Shown piece after piece: positions 1 through 10,450 of a stretch of DNA of 64,000 nucleotides (its first letter is position 1; every line of letters begins with the position of its first letter). This DNA comes from an uncultured Alphaproteobacteria bacterium. GTDB taxonomy: Bacteria; Pseudomonadota; Alphaproteobacteria; Methylaequorales; Methylaequoraceae. Both the position numbers and the translations under genes were made by a program. The notes beneath the pieces are model-generated. The model was not told where the DNA came from and searched no databases. It saw only the letters and a program-made list of their open reading frames with translations. The DNA is taken from positions 18,461 through 82,460 of the forward strand of contig CACACI010000002.1 of NCBI GenBank assembly GCA_902530985.1, read 5' to 3'.

Positions 1-984
1 AACTTTGTAAGCTCAACTGATCTTTATGGGGGAACCTGGAATTTATTTTCAAATACTCTAAAGGAAATGGGAATTGAATGTAGGTTTGTTGACCCCGCTA
101 AACCAGAACAATTTGAAAACGCAATCGACGAAAAAACAAGATGTATATATGCTGAAACACTACCAAATCCAAAGTTAAATGTTTTTCCAATAAATGAAGT
201 TTCAAAAATTGGTAAAAAACACAAAGTTCCGATTATTCTAGATAATACTGCTGCACCCTATATTTGTAAGCCAATTTCTCATGGTGCTAATATCGTTGTG
301 TATTCTACAACAAAATATATTGGTGGTCATGGTGTCTCTATTGGAGGGCTAATTATTGATGGTGGTAATTTTGATTGGGAAGCAGCTGGAACAAGATTCC
401 CTATGTTAAACTCACCAGACCCTTCCTATCATGGTGCTGTGTGGTCTGAGGCTGCAAAGCCACTTGGACCAATAGCTTACATACTCAGAGCTAGGGTAAT
501 ACTCTTAAGGGATTATGGTTCATCAATGAGCCCATTCAATGCATTTACTTTTATTCAAGGCCTAGAAACTTTACCCTTAAGAATGCAACGACATTGCGAA
601 AACGCAAAAAAAATTGCTGATTATTTATCAAATCATAAAAAGATAGATAAAGTTATTTATCCATCTATGATGACAGGAATGATGCTAGAGAGAGCAAAAA
701 AATATATGTCACATGGGACAGGTGCTTTGGTCGGTTTTGAATTAAAAGATGGAGAAAGTTCTGGTAAAAAATTTATAGACAATCTCAATTTATTCTATCA
801 CGTTGCAAATATTGGTGACGCAAGGTCACTTGCAATTCATCCTTCATCAACTACTCACTCCCAGCTTTCAAATGAAGACAAACTTTCAGCTGGTGTTACC
901 CCTGGTTACGTAAGATTATCTGTAGGGATAGAGCATATCGATGATTTAATTGAAGATTTGGACCAAGCTTTAGATAAAGCATAG
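1..984 (+). CDS. metY: O-acetylhomoserine/O-acetylserine sulfhydrylase (Cys/Met-metabolism PLP enzyme), 5'-truncated by the window edge
   Basis: Frame 1 is open from nt 1 (NFVSSTDLYGGTWNLF precedes the listed Met). PLP-lysine motif STTKYIGGHG. Family-typical C-terminal half. Confidence 0.85.
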   Translation, partial: NFVSSTDLYGGTWNLFSNTLKEMGIECRFVDPAKPEQFENAIDEKTRCIYAETLPNPKLNVFPINEVSKIGKKHKVPIILDNTAAPYICKPISHGANIVVYSTTKYIGGHGVSIGGLIIDGGNFDWEAAGTRFPMLNSPDPSYHGAVWSEAAKPLGPIAYILRARVILLRDYGSSMSPFNAFTFIQGLETLPLRMQRHCENAKKIADYLSNHKKIDKVIYPSMMTGMMLERAKKYMSHGTGALVGFELKDGESSGKKFIDNLNLFYHVANIGDARSLAIHPSSTTHSQLSNEDKLSAGVTPGYVRLSVGIEHIDDLIEDLDQALDKA

Positions 985-987
985 TTA

Positions 988-1989
988 ATGACTTATTTTA
1001 AGTCTAAAGGATTTCCATACCATCGAGGAAGAAGGTTGAGGAACAACTCGTATACACGCGAAATGATATCTGAAACTTCGCTTTCAGTTAATGATCTTAT
1101 AATGCCCTATTTTATTCGAGATCATAATGAAGACTTTGAGATCTTGGGTATGGATGGTGTCAAAAGATATGATGAAAAAGAATTAGTTGAAGAAATAGCC
1201 AGAATATTAGACCTTGGAATAAAATCAATCTCTATTTTTCCAAAAATCCCTGATAGTAAGAAATCTCCTGATGGCAGTGAATCAATCAATGAGAATAATA
1301 TTGTTTGCAAAACCTTAAGAAAACTAAAAAAAAGGTTTGATAATCTTCAGGTTATTTGTGATGTAGCACTTGATGCATATACAACAAGTGGACATGACGG
1401 AATTATTGATAAAAATGGTGTCATAAACAATGACATGACTATCGAAAGACTATCAGAGATGTCTGTAAATTTTGCAAAAAATGGCTGTGATATAGTTGCA
1501 CCAAGTGATATGATGGATGGAAGAGTTAAATCCATTAGAGAAAGTCTAGAAAAAAATAGATTCTCCAACACATGCATTTTATCATATAGTTCTAAATTTT
1601 GTTCTAATCTATATTTACCATTTCGTGAGGCACTTGGCAGTAAAGACAATCTAGGTAACTCTAGTAAATCTTCTTACCAAATTGATTTCAGGAATAGAAA
1701 TGAAGCAATTAAGGAATCACTTGAGGATATTCATGAAGGAGCAGATATTGTTATGGTAAAACCAGCAGGCTACTATCTCGATATAATTAGAGATATAAGA
1801 AACTCTTGCTTAATTCCCATAGCAGCTTATCAAGTAAGTGGCGAGTATATGATGATTAAGAAGGCCTCTGAAAATAATATCGTTGATTACAAGGAGTTTG
1901 TTTTGGAGAGTCTATATTGTATAAAAAGAGCTGGCGCAGATATTATTTTTTCATATTTCTCTAAGGAGGTAGCTGAATGGTTAAGTTAA
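988..1989 (+). CDS. hemB: porphobilinogen synthase (delta-aminolevulinate dehydratase)
   Basis: 333 aa. N-terminal HRGRRLR, active-site lysine context DIVMVKPA, AYQVSGEY near the C-terminus. Confidence 0.9.
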   Translation: MTYFKSKGFPYHRGRRLRNNSYTREMISETSLSVNDLIMPYFIRDHNEDFEILGMDGVKRYDEKELVEEIARILDLGIKSISIFPKIPDSKKSPDGSESINENNIVCKTLRKLKKRFDNLQVICDVALDAYTTSGHDGIIDKNGVINNDMTIERLSEMSVNFAKNGCDIVAPSDMMDGRVKSIRESLEKNRFSNTCILSYSSKFCSNLYLPFREALGSKDNLGNSSKSSYQIDFRNRNEAIKESLEDIHEGADIVMVKPAGYYLDIIRDIRNSCLIPIAAYQVSGEYMMIKKASENNIVDYKEFVLESLYCIKRAGADIIFSYFSKEVAEWLS

Positions 1990-2067
1990 TAATTCAAAGA
2001 ATAAACTTGATTTTTTAAGCTTATAATATTAAAAAAAATCAAATTAAATTATTAATCAGGAGATTTT

Positions 2068-3249
2068 ATGTCAAGAAAACACCCAGGTAGATTTCATATA
2101 GCAATTCCAGGCCCAACAAATATTCCAGAAAGAATTTTAAATGCAATGCATATTTCTTCTGAAGATCAAAGAAATCCTGAAATTCCTGATTTAACAATAC
2201 CTCTTTATAAGGATGTAAAAAAAGTTTTTAAATCAGAAAAGGGTACTGTTTTTCTTTTTCCTGGCTCTGGAACTGGAGCTTGGGAATCTGCAATAATAAA
2301 CACAATGTCTCCTAATGAAAAAGTGCTAATTTATCGTTTTGGACAATTTAGTCATCTATGGACTGATATGTTCAAAAGACTTGGTCTAGATGTTGAAGTT
2401 GAAGATAGAGAATGGGGGACTGGAACGCCGCCTGAAGAAGTTGAAAAAACGTTAAAAGCTGATACTGAACATAAAATAAAGGTTGTTTGTGTTACTCAAA
2501 ATGAAACTGCAACTGGAGTTTCATCTCATGTTGAAGATGTGAGAAAGGCTATGGATGCAGCCAACCATCCTGCTCTTCTTTTTGTTGATGGAGTTAGTTC
2601 TATTGCATCAATTGATTTTAGAATGGATGAATGGAAAGTAGATTGTGCGATTTCTGGATCACAAAAAGGTTTTATGCTTCCATCTGGTATGGCTATTATG
2701 TGTGTTAGCGAAAAGGCGATAGAAGCTCATAAAACAGCTGAGTTAAAAAGATGTTATTATTCTTGGGAAGATCAGATTGCAACCAATAAAGATGGTTATT
2801 TTCCATATACTCCGCAAATTCCAATGTTAAGAGCTCTACAAGAATCTTGCAACATGCTATTTGAAGAAGGTCTCGAAAATGTATTTAAACGTCATCACAG
2901 AATAGCAGAAGGGGTTAGACAAGCAGTACTGCAGGGGTGGAATCTTAATTTATGTGCTAAAGAAAAATATTGGTATTCAGATACTGTAACTGCAGTTGTT
3001 GTTCCAGAAGATAAGGATGCTAAAGAAGTATTGTCCACAGCTTTTAATAAATATCATCTTTCTTTAGGAGCAGGCTTAACTCAAGTAGCTGGAAAAGTTT
3101 TTAGAATTGGTCATCTTGGAGACTTAAATGAACTTCAAGCAGCAGCCTTTATATCTGGTGCTGAAATGGCTATGATAGATTCTGGAATAAATGTTAAACC
3201 AGGAAGTGGAATGGCCGCTGCTTCAGAATATTGGAGAAAGAATCTATAA
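2068..3249 (+). CDS. class V aminotransferase, serine-glyoxylate / alanine-glyoxylate type
   Basis: 393 aa. PLP-lysine motif SGSQKGFMLPSG. AGGAG 5 nt upstream of the ATG. Followed by hydroxypyruvate reductase and glycerate kinase genes. Confidence 0.75.
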   Translation: MSRKHPGRFHIAIPGPTNIPERILNAMHISSEDQRNPEIPDLTIPLYKDVKKVFKSEKGTVFLFPGSGTGAWESAIINTMSPNEKVLIYRFGQFSHLWTDMFKRLGLDVEVEDREWGTGTPPEEVEKTLKADTEHKIKVVCVTQNETATGVSSHVEDVRKAMDAANHPALLFVDGVSSIASIDFRMDEWKVDCAISGSQKGFMLPSGMAIMCVSEKAIEAHKTAELKRCYYSWEDQIATNKDGYFPYTPQIPMLRALQESCNMLFEEGLENVFKRHHRIAEGVRQAVLQGWNLNLCAKEKYWYSDTVTAVVVPEDKDAKEVLSTAFNKYHLSLGAGLTQVAGKVFRIGHLGDLNELQAAAFISGAEMAMIDSGINVKPGSGMAAASEYWRKNL

Positions 3250-3255
3250 AGTCTT

Positions 3256-4227
3256 ATGAAAAATATAAAAGTATTAGTAACCAGAAAATGGCCCAAAAAC
3301 GTTGAAACAAAGTTATCTCAAACCTTTAATGTGAAGTTAAATAATTCTGATAAACCTTTAACGGAGTTAGAGTTAATAAAAGCAATGCAGGATTACGATG
3401 CCCTATTACCTACAGTAACTGATAAAATAAGCGACAATGTTATTAGTTGTGAAAATAGAAAAGTAAAAGTTATAGGCAATTTTGGTGTTGGTTTCAACAA
3501 TATTGATATTGATTCTGCAAAAAAAAATCAAGTTGTGGTAACTAATACACCAGAAGTCCTCACTGATTGCACTGCTGACATTGCAATGTTATTAATGCTT
3601 GGTATTGCTAGAAGAGCCAGTGAAGGTGAGCCACATGTCAGAAATAGTGAATGGTCTGGCTGGAGGCCTACTCATATGATGGGAACAAAAGTAACAGGAA
3701 AAATTCTTGGTCTTGTCGGAATGGGGAGAATTGCTCAAGCTGTGGCACAAAAGTCTCATTTTGGATTTGGTATGAAAATAATATACTTTGATCCTTATTT
3801 TAAAGATGAAAAAATTAAAGAAAAATTCTCTGCAAAGTCTTGCAATTCTATTGATGAACTTCTATCAGAAGCAGATTTTGTATCCCTTCATTGTCCATCA
3901 ACACCAGAAACTCAAGGTTTAATCAACAATGATAAATTAAAAAAAATGAAACAATCTGGATATCTAATTAATACTGCAAGAGGTGATATTGTAGTTGAAG
4001 ACGATTTGATATCTGCACTCAGGAATAATTTGATTCAAGGTGCTGGTTTAGATGTATTCTTAAATGAACCAAATGTGCCAGAAGGTTTAAGAAATTTATC
4101 AAATGTATTTTTATTACCTCATTTAGGTAGTGCTACTGAAGAGACTAGAGAGGCAATGGGAATGAGAGTTTTTTCTAATTTAACTAGTTTCTTCGATGGA
4201 AAAGAGCCTGTTGATAGAGTGGTTTAG
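3256..4227 (+). CDS. D-isomer-specific 2-hydroxyacid dehydrogenase (glyoxylate/hydroxypyruvate reductase)
   Basis: 323 aa. NAD-binding GLVGMGRIAQ. Catalytic region NTARG ... PHLGSAT. Confidence 0.8.
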   Translation: MKNIKVLVTRKWPKNVETKLSQTFNVKLNNSDKPLTELELIKAMQDYDALLPTVTDKISDNVISCENRKVKVIGNFGVGFNNIDIDSAKKNQVVVTNTPEVLTDCTADIAMLLMLGIARRASEGEPHVRNSEWSGWRPTHMMGTKVTGKILGLVGMGRIAQAVAQKSHFGFGMKIIYFDPYFKDEKIKEKFSAKSCNSIDELLSEADFVSLHCPSTPETQGLINNDKLKKMKQSGYLINTARGDIVVEDDLISALRNNLIQGAGLDVFLNEPNVPEGLRNLSNVFLLPHLGSATEETREAMGMRVFSNLTSFFDGKEPVDRVV

Positions 4228-4233
4228 TTCATA

Positions 4234-5583
4234 ATGAACTCAAAAAGAGTTTTTAAAAGTTCGAATTCTTTATTGTTAGAGCTTTTTAAAGTTGGAATAT
4301 CAAATGTTCAACCAAGAAAAATTCTCAAGAAATTTCTTAAAGTATTAGATCAAGAAATTGTTGTTCTAGATAAAAACAATAAAAATATATATAAGAACAT
4401 TAAAAGCATTATCCCAATTTGTGTTGGGAAAGCATCAGTTGATATGGCTAAAAGTGCAATGTCCATTCTCAAAGATCATAAAAATAAAATCTCTGAAGGG
4501 ATATTAGTAGTTAATGAAGAAAATTTTAAAGAAATACCAGGTTTTAAATGTTTCATGTCCGGGCATCCAGTTCCCAATAGAAATGGATTAATAGCTTCAA
4601 AATTTATTGAAAGCAAATTAAAAAAACTTGGTCAGAAAGATCTAGTATTATTTTTTTTGTCAGGGGGTGGATCAGCACTCATGCCATACCCTGCTGGAGA
4701 AATAAAGCTTTCTGAGAAAATAAAAATTAATCAATCTTTACTTAGTTCTGGTGCTAATATTATAGAGATAAATACAGTAAGAAAACATCTATCAAAAATT
4801 AAGGGAGGTAATTTTTTAAAGATGTCTTTTCCATCACAAGTGCATAGTTTTATTTTATCAGATGTTGTTGGTGATGATTTAAGTTCTATTTCTAGTGGAC
4901 CAACAGTTCCTGACGAAACTACATTTGAGGATGTACAAAATATTTTGAAAAAATATGATATTTGGAATGAAGTATCTCCATCAATAAAATCTTATATTCA
5001 AATAGGACAAAGAGATTCAAACCTAGAAACACCTGACAAAAAAAGTGTTTTATTTAGTAGCGTAAAAAACACTCTTATAGGGAGTAATTATTTGTGTCTC
5101 AAAAGTATAGACGAATACTGTAAATCAAAAAATATTTTGTCAAAATTATGGAAATATAATATTGAAGGTGATGTTAAGGATATTGTAAAGAGTTTTATTA
5201 AAGATCTTAAAGTTTTTAATTATTCAAAACCTATAGTTTTGATATCTGGAGGCGAAAGTACAGTAAAGATTAAAGGAAATGGCAAAGGAGGAAGAAATCA
5301 AGAATTGGCTTTACATTTTATCAAACAAGTAAATGATTATTTACCAAATCTAAAATTTACATTATTATCTGCTGGTACGGATGGTCGAGATGGTCCAACA
5401 AATGCTGCAGGTGCTATTGTGAATGAAAAAAGTATCGAGTTAATAAATAAAAATGATATTAATCTTGAAAATGAATTAAAAAATAATAACTCATATGAAG
5501 TCTTGAAAAAAATCAATTCACTTGTAATAATTAATGGGACAAACACAAATGTTGCGGATTTACAATTGCTTATAATAAATTAA
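4234..5583 (+). CDS. glycerate 2-kinase (DUF4147/MOFRL family)
   Basis: 449 aa. Motifs FLSGGGSAL, SGGESTV, GKGGRNQELAL and GTDGRDGPTNAAGA are typical of MOFRL glycerate kinases. Confidence 0.75.
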   Translation: MNSKRVFKSSNSLLLELFKVGISNVQPRKILKKFLKVLDQEIVVLDKNNKNIYKNIKSIIPICVGKASVDMAKSAMSILKDHKNKISEGILVVNEENFKEIPGFKCFMSGHPVPNRNGLIASKFIESKLKKLGQKDLVLFFLSGGGSALMPYPAGEIKLSEKIKINQSLLSSGANIIEINTVRKHLSKIKGGNFLKMSFPSQVHSFILSDVVGDDLSSISSGPTVPDETTFEDVQNILKKYDIWNEVSPSIKSYIQIGQRDSNLETPDKKSVLFSSVKNTLIGSNYLCLKSIDEYCKSKNILSKLWKYNIEGDVKDIVKSFIKDLKVFNYSKPIVLISGGESTVKIKGNGKGGRNQELALHFIKQVNDYLPNLKFTLLSAGTDGRDGPTNAAGAIVNEKSIELINKNDINLENELKNNNSYEVLKKINSLVIINGTNTNVADLQLLIIN

Positions 5584-6303
5584 ATGGAAACACTTAAAAA
5601 TAATAAATTACTAGCTAAAAGCTCTACAGAGTTTCCTTGCTCCTACATAAAAGGAAATCTTGAAAGAAGAATTTATATAAATATTTCATCTCCTTTGAAA
5701 GAAGATCAAATTGTATCTGATTTAACAAGAAAAGGTTTTAGGAGAAATTATAATCATATGTATATCCCAAATTGTAGAAACTGCAATTCATGTATTTCAT
5801 CAAGAATAAATATTCAAAAATTTATTTTTACAAAAAGTAATAAAAGAAATCTAAAGAATAACGATGATTTATTTCTTATTAACAATAATGATTATACAAA
5901 AAAAAGATTTCATCTATTTAAAAAATATTGTAGAGCAAGGCATGCTGATGGACAAATGAAGAATATGTCAGAAGGAGAATTTGTAAATTTTTTTCATAAT
6001 TCAATTAATAAAACGGAAATTTATGATTTAGTCGATAATAATGGTTATCTTTATGGATCAATTCTTCTAGATGTTATTGAAGAAGGTTATTCGGCAGTTT
6101 ATAGCTTTTTTGACCCCAAATTAAATAAAAGAAGTTTAGGAAAAAATATGATTTTAAAAGTAATTACAAAGTTAAAAGAAGTTAAAAGTTCTTTCCTTTA
6201 TCTTGGATACTGGGTTAAAGAGTCAGAAAATATGAATTATAAATCTTCTTTCAATAATGTTGAATATTTTGTTGATGGTAACTGGAAAAATATTGTGTCA
6301 TAA
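5584..6303 (+). CDS. bpt: arginyl-tRNA/leucyl-tRNA protein transferase (N-end rule, Bpt/Ate family)
   Basis: 239 aa. Cys cluster CSY...CRNCNSC, FRRNYNHMYIP and a GYWV motif near the C-terminus. Confidence 0.75.
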   Translation: METLKNNKLLAKSSTEFPCSYIKGNLERRIYINISSPLKEDQIVSDLTRKGFRRNYNHMYIPNCRNCNSCISSRINIQKFIFTKSNKRNLKNNDDLFLINNNDYTKKRFHLFKKYCRARHADGQMKNMSEGEFVNFFHNSINKTEIYDLVDNNGYLYGSILLDVIEEGYSAVYSFFDPKLNKRSLGKNMILKVITKLKEVKSSFLYLGYWVKESENMNYKSSFNNVEYFVDGNWKNIVS

Positions 6304-7002
6304 ATTATGAATGTGATTAATTATCTGATTTCTAAATATAAATTTATGTTTCTTGTTTTCTAAAATTTTAAAAAAAAAAAAACTAGTGATTTTTAGAGCA
6401 TCAAGATAATCATTATAGAAATCATTCTTAAAGTTTTCTTTCATACACATTGGAATTTTAAATAATCTCTTAGAATATTTTTTTCCAACATCATAACTCA
6501 CTGCATTACCTGTTTTTGGTGATATATAATAAGTATCATGAGCTTTCCCAGATACAGAGCAGATACTAATATTTAATCCGTATCCTAGATGTTTTAAAAA
6601 ATTAATTTCCCAATTAACATATTGACCTAACAAAAAAGAATGATCTTTTCTAGTTATTATCGATAAATTAGTTATATCTTCATAAATTTTAGAATTCTTT
6701 TCCCAAAGAGGAAGAAATCTTATACATAGCTCAGATGCTGAAGCTTTAATCATTGAAAATAAGTAATCATCAAAATTATTTGGTTTTTGTTGTTCAAAGA
6801 TCAAATAACCTAGAGCATTTTCATTTCGGGCACTCCAAGTAAAATCAATCTTATCGAAGTTTATTAAATTAGTTTTTTGTTTTGTTGATCTTTTTGCGAG
6901 TCCTTTAATTAAACCATTTTCTTTTGAAAAAACATATAATATTTTAGATTTTTCTCCAAATTCCTTTGAATATAAAAAAAAACCCTCGTCAATTATCTTC
7001 AT
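6298..7002 (-). CDS. recO: DNA repair protein RecO
   Basis: 234 aa. Position directly downstream of rnc-era (conserved lepB-rnc-era-recO order). Divergent sequence, so the call leans on synteny and size. Confidence 0.7.
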   Translation of the reverse strand: MKIIDEGFFLYSKEFGEKSKILYVFSKENGLIKGLAKRSTKQKTNLINFDKIDFTWSARNENALGYLIFEQQKPNNFDDYLFSMIKASASELCIRFLPLWEKNSKIYEDITNLSIITRKDHSFLLGQYVNWEINFLKHLGYGLNISICSVSGKAHDTYYISPKTGNAVSYDVGKKYSKRLFKIPMCMKENFKNDFYNDYLDALKITSFFFFKILENKKHKFIFRNQIINHIHNL

Positions 7003-7011
7003 ACAAATAGA

Positions 7012-7851
7012 TTACTTTTTTTTAACAATTAAATTTAGAAATACTTTTTTGTTTAATAAATTTTCAATATCTAATCTAGACCTAGATCCAATCATTTTAA
7101 TCTTCTCACCTTTTTTTCCTATTAATATTGATTTTTGTGACTCTTTATTAACTAAAATATCTTGGTAAATATATACAATTCCTTTTTTGCTCTCAATTCT
7201 GGTTTTTACTTCGGCTGAGTATGGAATTTCTTTATTTAAAAAATGAAATATTTTTTCTCTAGTTATTTCAGAAATTTGAAAGTCTAAGTTTTTATTTGTC
7301 TTAATTTTATTATCAAACATCCACTTACTCTTGGGTGCATTGAAAATTAATCTCTTTATTAAAAAGTCAATACCATAGGTTTTTTTTGCTGATATCATAA
7401 AGGTTTCTAAAAAGTTTATTTCTGAATTTAGAAATTTAGATACCTCTAGAAGACGTCTATTTTCAACCAAATCAATTTTATTTAATACTAAGAAATTTTT
7501 AGGAAACCTTTTTGTTACAGTTAAAATTAAATTTAATAATTTCTTATTTAATTTTTTTTTTAAATCAAAAATAAATAAGTTATAATCTATTTTTCGTTCT
7601 TGATTTAATAATACTCTTGAAATTTGTTTTTCATTAAATTTTGTATTTTCAATAATGCCTGGAGTATCTGTCAATACAAGTTGAGTTTTCTTGATATTTA
7701 TAATTCCTGAAATTTCATCTTTTGTGGTTTGAACTTTAGGACTAACTATTGAAATTTTTTTTTTAATAATACAGTTTAATAATGTTGATTTACCAGCATT
7801 AGCAAAACCTGTAAGAAGGATTGATCCACACTTAAAATTTTCTGTTTTCAA
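7012..7851 (-). CDS. era: GTPase Era
   Basis: G1 GFANAGKSTLLN, G3 DTPG, G4 NKID and a C-terminal KH-like domain. Overlaps the rnc stop. Confidence 0.9.
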   Translation of the reverse strand: MKTENFKCGSILLTGFANAGKSTLLNCIIKKKISIVSPKVQTTKDEISGIINIKKTQLVLTDTPGIIENTKFNEKQISRVLLNQERKIDYNLFIFDLKKKLNKKLLNLILTVTKRFPKNFLVLNKIDLVENRRLLEVSKFLNSEINFLETFMISAKKTYGIDFLIKRLIFNAPKSKWMFDNKIKTNKNLDFQISEITREKIFHFLNKEIPYSAEVKTRIESKKGIVYIYQDILVNKESQKSILIGKKGEKIKMIGSRSRLDIENLLNKKVFLNLIVKKK

Positions 7852-8497
7852 TTTCTTTTAAAAGTTTTTTTGCAGCATCAATTTCTGCATCCTGTTTATT
7901 CTTTCCTTTTCCAATAGCTTGGAGACCTTCAATATGTTTAACACTAATTGTAAAATGAGGGTTATGTTCTGGTCCCTCTTTACTTAAACATATGTATTCT
8001 GGTAATTTGTTGTTTTTTTTCAAACACCATTCTTGCAACCTCGATTTTGGGTCATATTTTGAAAGGTCAATCCTTTCAATCTCATTCCTCCAAAGTTTAT
8101 TAACTATCATTTCTATTGTTTTAAAATTAGAATCAAGAAAAATTGCCGCTATTAATGCTTCTAATGAATTAGCTTTTATGGATTCAATTGAAAGCTCATT
8201 TAACTCTTTTGAAATTTTTAAATGATTTCCTAAACAAATTCTATCTGCAACTTTTTTTAATGTTTCCTTACAAACTAAAAAAGCTAATTTCTTTGCCAGC
8301 TCTCCTTCTGAATCATATTTAAAATCATTATAAATTTTTTTCGAAATTATTAATCCTAGTACTCTATCACCAAGAAATTCAAGTTTCTCATAATTTTCTG
8401 TATTTTTACCTAAACTTGAATGAGTTAAAGCTCTATTTAATAGTTCATGATTTTTAAAATCATACCCTATAGTATTAAGCAATTTAGATAACTCCAT
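7832..8497 (-). CDS. rnc: ribonuclease III
   Basis: RNase III signature EKLEFLGDRVL and a C-terminal dsRBD (GPEHNPHF...GKGKNKQDAE). Confidence 0.9.
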   Translation of the reverse strand: MELSKLLNTIGYDFKNHELLNRALTHSSLGKNTENYEKLEFLGDRVLGLIISKKIYNDFKYDSEGELAKKLAFLVCKETLKKVADRICLGNHLKISKELNELSIESIKANSLEALIAAIFLDSNFKTIEMIVNKLWRNEIERIDLSKYDPKSRLQEWCLKKNNKLPEYICLSKEGPEHNPHFTISVKHIEGLQAIGKGKNKQDAEIDAAKKLLKEIENRKF

Positions 8498-9258
8498 TAT
8501 TTCTCATCTTTAGGAAGAAGGCTAACAATAAATCTGTCTTTTCTTAGAGCTGCAAACCAAGTCCAAATTTTAAAAAAACTACCAATCTCCGTATCAAATG
8601 ATATTAAAACAATTTCAGCACGACCAACAAGATTTTCTCTAGGTATCATTCCAATAAACCTGCTATCTTGAGAATTATCTCTATTGTCACCTAGTACAAA
8701 AAATTTATCTTCAGGTATTATAATTTTGTTAAAATTATTCGTATTTAATCCTACAAAGGTTTTTTCAAATTCATAAACCTCATAACTTAAATTATTTGGC
8801 AGAACTTCCTTAATTCTTGATACGTCAAAAGATTTATATTTTTCATTAGATATTTTTTCAAATTCAATTTTTTTTTCATTAATATATAATATATTGTCTT
8901 TTAACTCAATCGTATCTCCTGGAAGACCTATTACTCGTTTAATATAATCAGTCCTGTTATCTTCAGGTGTTTTAAAAACAACTATCTCACCTCTTTTTGG
9001 TTCCTTTGAAAATATTCTTCCTGGGATGATTGGAATACTAAATGGTAAAGAGTGTTTTGAGAATCCATAAGAAAATTTTGAAACAAACAAATAATCACCA
9101 ACTTTCAAATTAGGGTACATTGAACCAGATGGTATGCTAAATGGTTCATAACAAAAACTCCTAATTAAAAGAGCAGCAAGAATGGCATAAAATAAAGAAA
9201 TTAGGTTTTTCTTATATTTTGAATCAATATTCTTTTCTTTAAAAAAAATGTTTTTCAT
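8497..9258 (-). CDS. lepB: signal peptidase I
   Basis: N-terminal TM segment, catalytic Ser box SGSMYPNL, Lys box YIKRVIGLPGD and GDNRDNSQDSR. Confidence 0.9.
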   Translation of the reverse strand: MKNIFFKEKNIDSKYKKNLISLFYAILAALLIRSFCYEPFSIPSGSMYPNLKVGDYLFVSKFSYGFSKHSLPFSIPIIPGRIFSKEPKRGEIVVFKTPEDNRTDYIKRVIGLPGDTIELKDNILYINEKKIEFEKISNEKYKSFDVSRIKEVLPNNLSYEVYEFEKTFVGLNTNNFNKIIIPEDKFFVLGDNRDNSQDSRFIGMIPRENLVGRAEIVLISFDTEIGSFFKIWTWFAALRKDRFIVSLLPKDEK

Positions 9259-9282
9259 TTTTGGATTTTATTACAAAAAATA

Positions 9283-10017
9283 TCAAATACTAGGGTCATT
9301 TATAATTTTCATAAAATTTTTAACAGTTTTTTCAAGACCACTAAATAATGACTGAGAAATCAAAAAGTGGCCAACATTAAGTTCTACTATATTTGATATA
9401 AGTGATATTTCTCTAACATTCTCATAATTTAAACCATGTCCTGCATGGCAATCTATTCCTAATTTCATACAATAATTGGCGGCATTCTTTATTCTATTTA
9501 ATTCAACCGTATGATTACTTTTTTTATAACACCGCGAGTATTTTCCTGTATGAATTTCAACAACCTTAACACCCAATTCGTGTGCTGAGTGAATTTGATC
9601 TAATTCAGGGTCAACAAATAATGATAGCTTTGTTCCATTTGCCACAATCTCAGGAATAAAATCTCCAAGATAATTTTTCTGATTTTTTACATCGAGCCCT
9701 CCTTCGGTAGTTAACTCTTCTCTTCTTTCTGGAACGATACAACATGCATAAGGTTGTATTTTTAAACAAATATTTTTCATTTCATTTGTTGCTGCCATTT
9801 CTAGATTTAAAGGTAAAAAGTTGTTTTTTTTTAGGTCTTCAACATCTTTGTCTAAGATATGTCTTCTATCTTCTCTTAAGTGAACAGTAATTAAATCTAC
9901 ATTTATCTTCTTAAGAAGATGAGCAACCTCATTAAGATCTGGAAAATTCTCATTTCTTGCATTTCTTAATGTTGCCACGTGATCAATATTAACTCCTAAT
10001 CTTATTTTTTTTTTCAT
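9283..10017 (-). CDS. pdxJ: pyridoxine 5'-phosphate synthase
   Basis: LGVNIDHVATLRNAR at the N-terminus and HAGHGLNY. 244 aa. Confidence 0.9.
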   Translation of the reverse strand: MKKKIRLGVNIDHVATLRNARNENFPDLNEVAHLLKKINVDLITVHLREDRRHILDKDVEDLKKNNFLPLNLEMAATNEMKNICLKIQPYACCIVPERREELTTEGGLDVKNQKNYLGDFIPEIVANGTKLSLFVDPELDQIHSAHELGVKVVEIHTGKYSRCYKKSNHTVELNRIKNAANYCMKLGIDCHAGHGLNYENVREISLISNIVELNVGHFLISQSLFSGLEKTVKNFMKIINDPSI

Positions 10018-10438
10018 AAAATCTTTTTTCTAAATAAAACTTACTAACTTTAAAAGTAATAAACCATATTATAATTGCAATAGGTAAGCTACCAAGTAAT
10101 GTAGGAAAAAATAATTCATTAAAATTTTCTATTAAAAAACTTATTTTGAACTCGTAATGATCGAGTGGACTATAAAAAAAGATTATTCCAATCTTATATG
10201 CGACATAAAAGAAAAAAGGGAAAGTCCATGGATTTCCAACTACTGAACCAACTGTTGCTGCTATTATATTTCCTCTCATAGCAATAGTCCCTAAATAACA
10301 GATTATTAAATGTAAACCCAAAAGAGGAGTAAAAGAAATTGATATCCCCCATGCTAATCCAATAGAAACTGACTCAGGAAAGTCTCTAATTCTATAGATC
10401 CTCATTTTTAATGTTCTTATGAATTTTTTAATATTCAT
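9989..10438 (-). CDS. DUF2062-like small membrane protein
   Basis: 149 aa with 3-4 hydrophobic helices. Sits between spoT and pdxJ and overlaps the pdxJ start by 29 nt. Confidence 0.55.
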   Translation of the reverse strand: MNIKKFIRTLKMRIYRIRDFPESVSIGLAWGISISFTPLLGLHLIICYLGTIAMRGNIIAATVGSVVGNPWTFPFFFYVAYKIGIIFFYSPLDHYEFKISFLIENFNELFFPTLLGSLPIAIIIWFITFKVSKFYLEKRFYEKKNKIRS

Positions 10439-10450
10439 AGAATTATTTTA

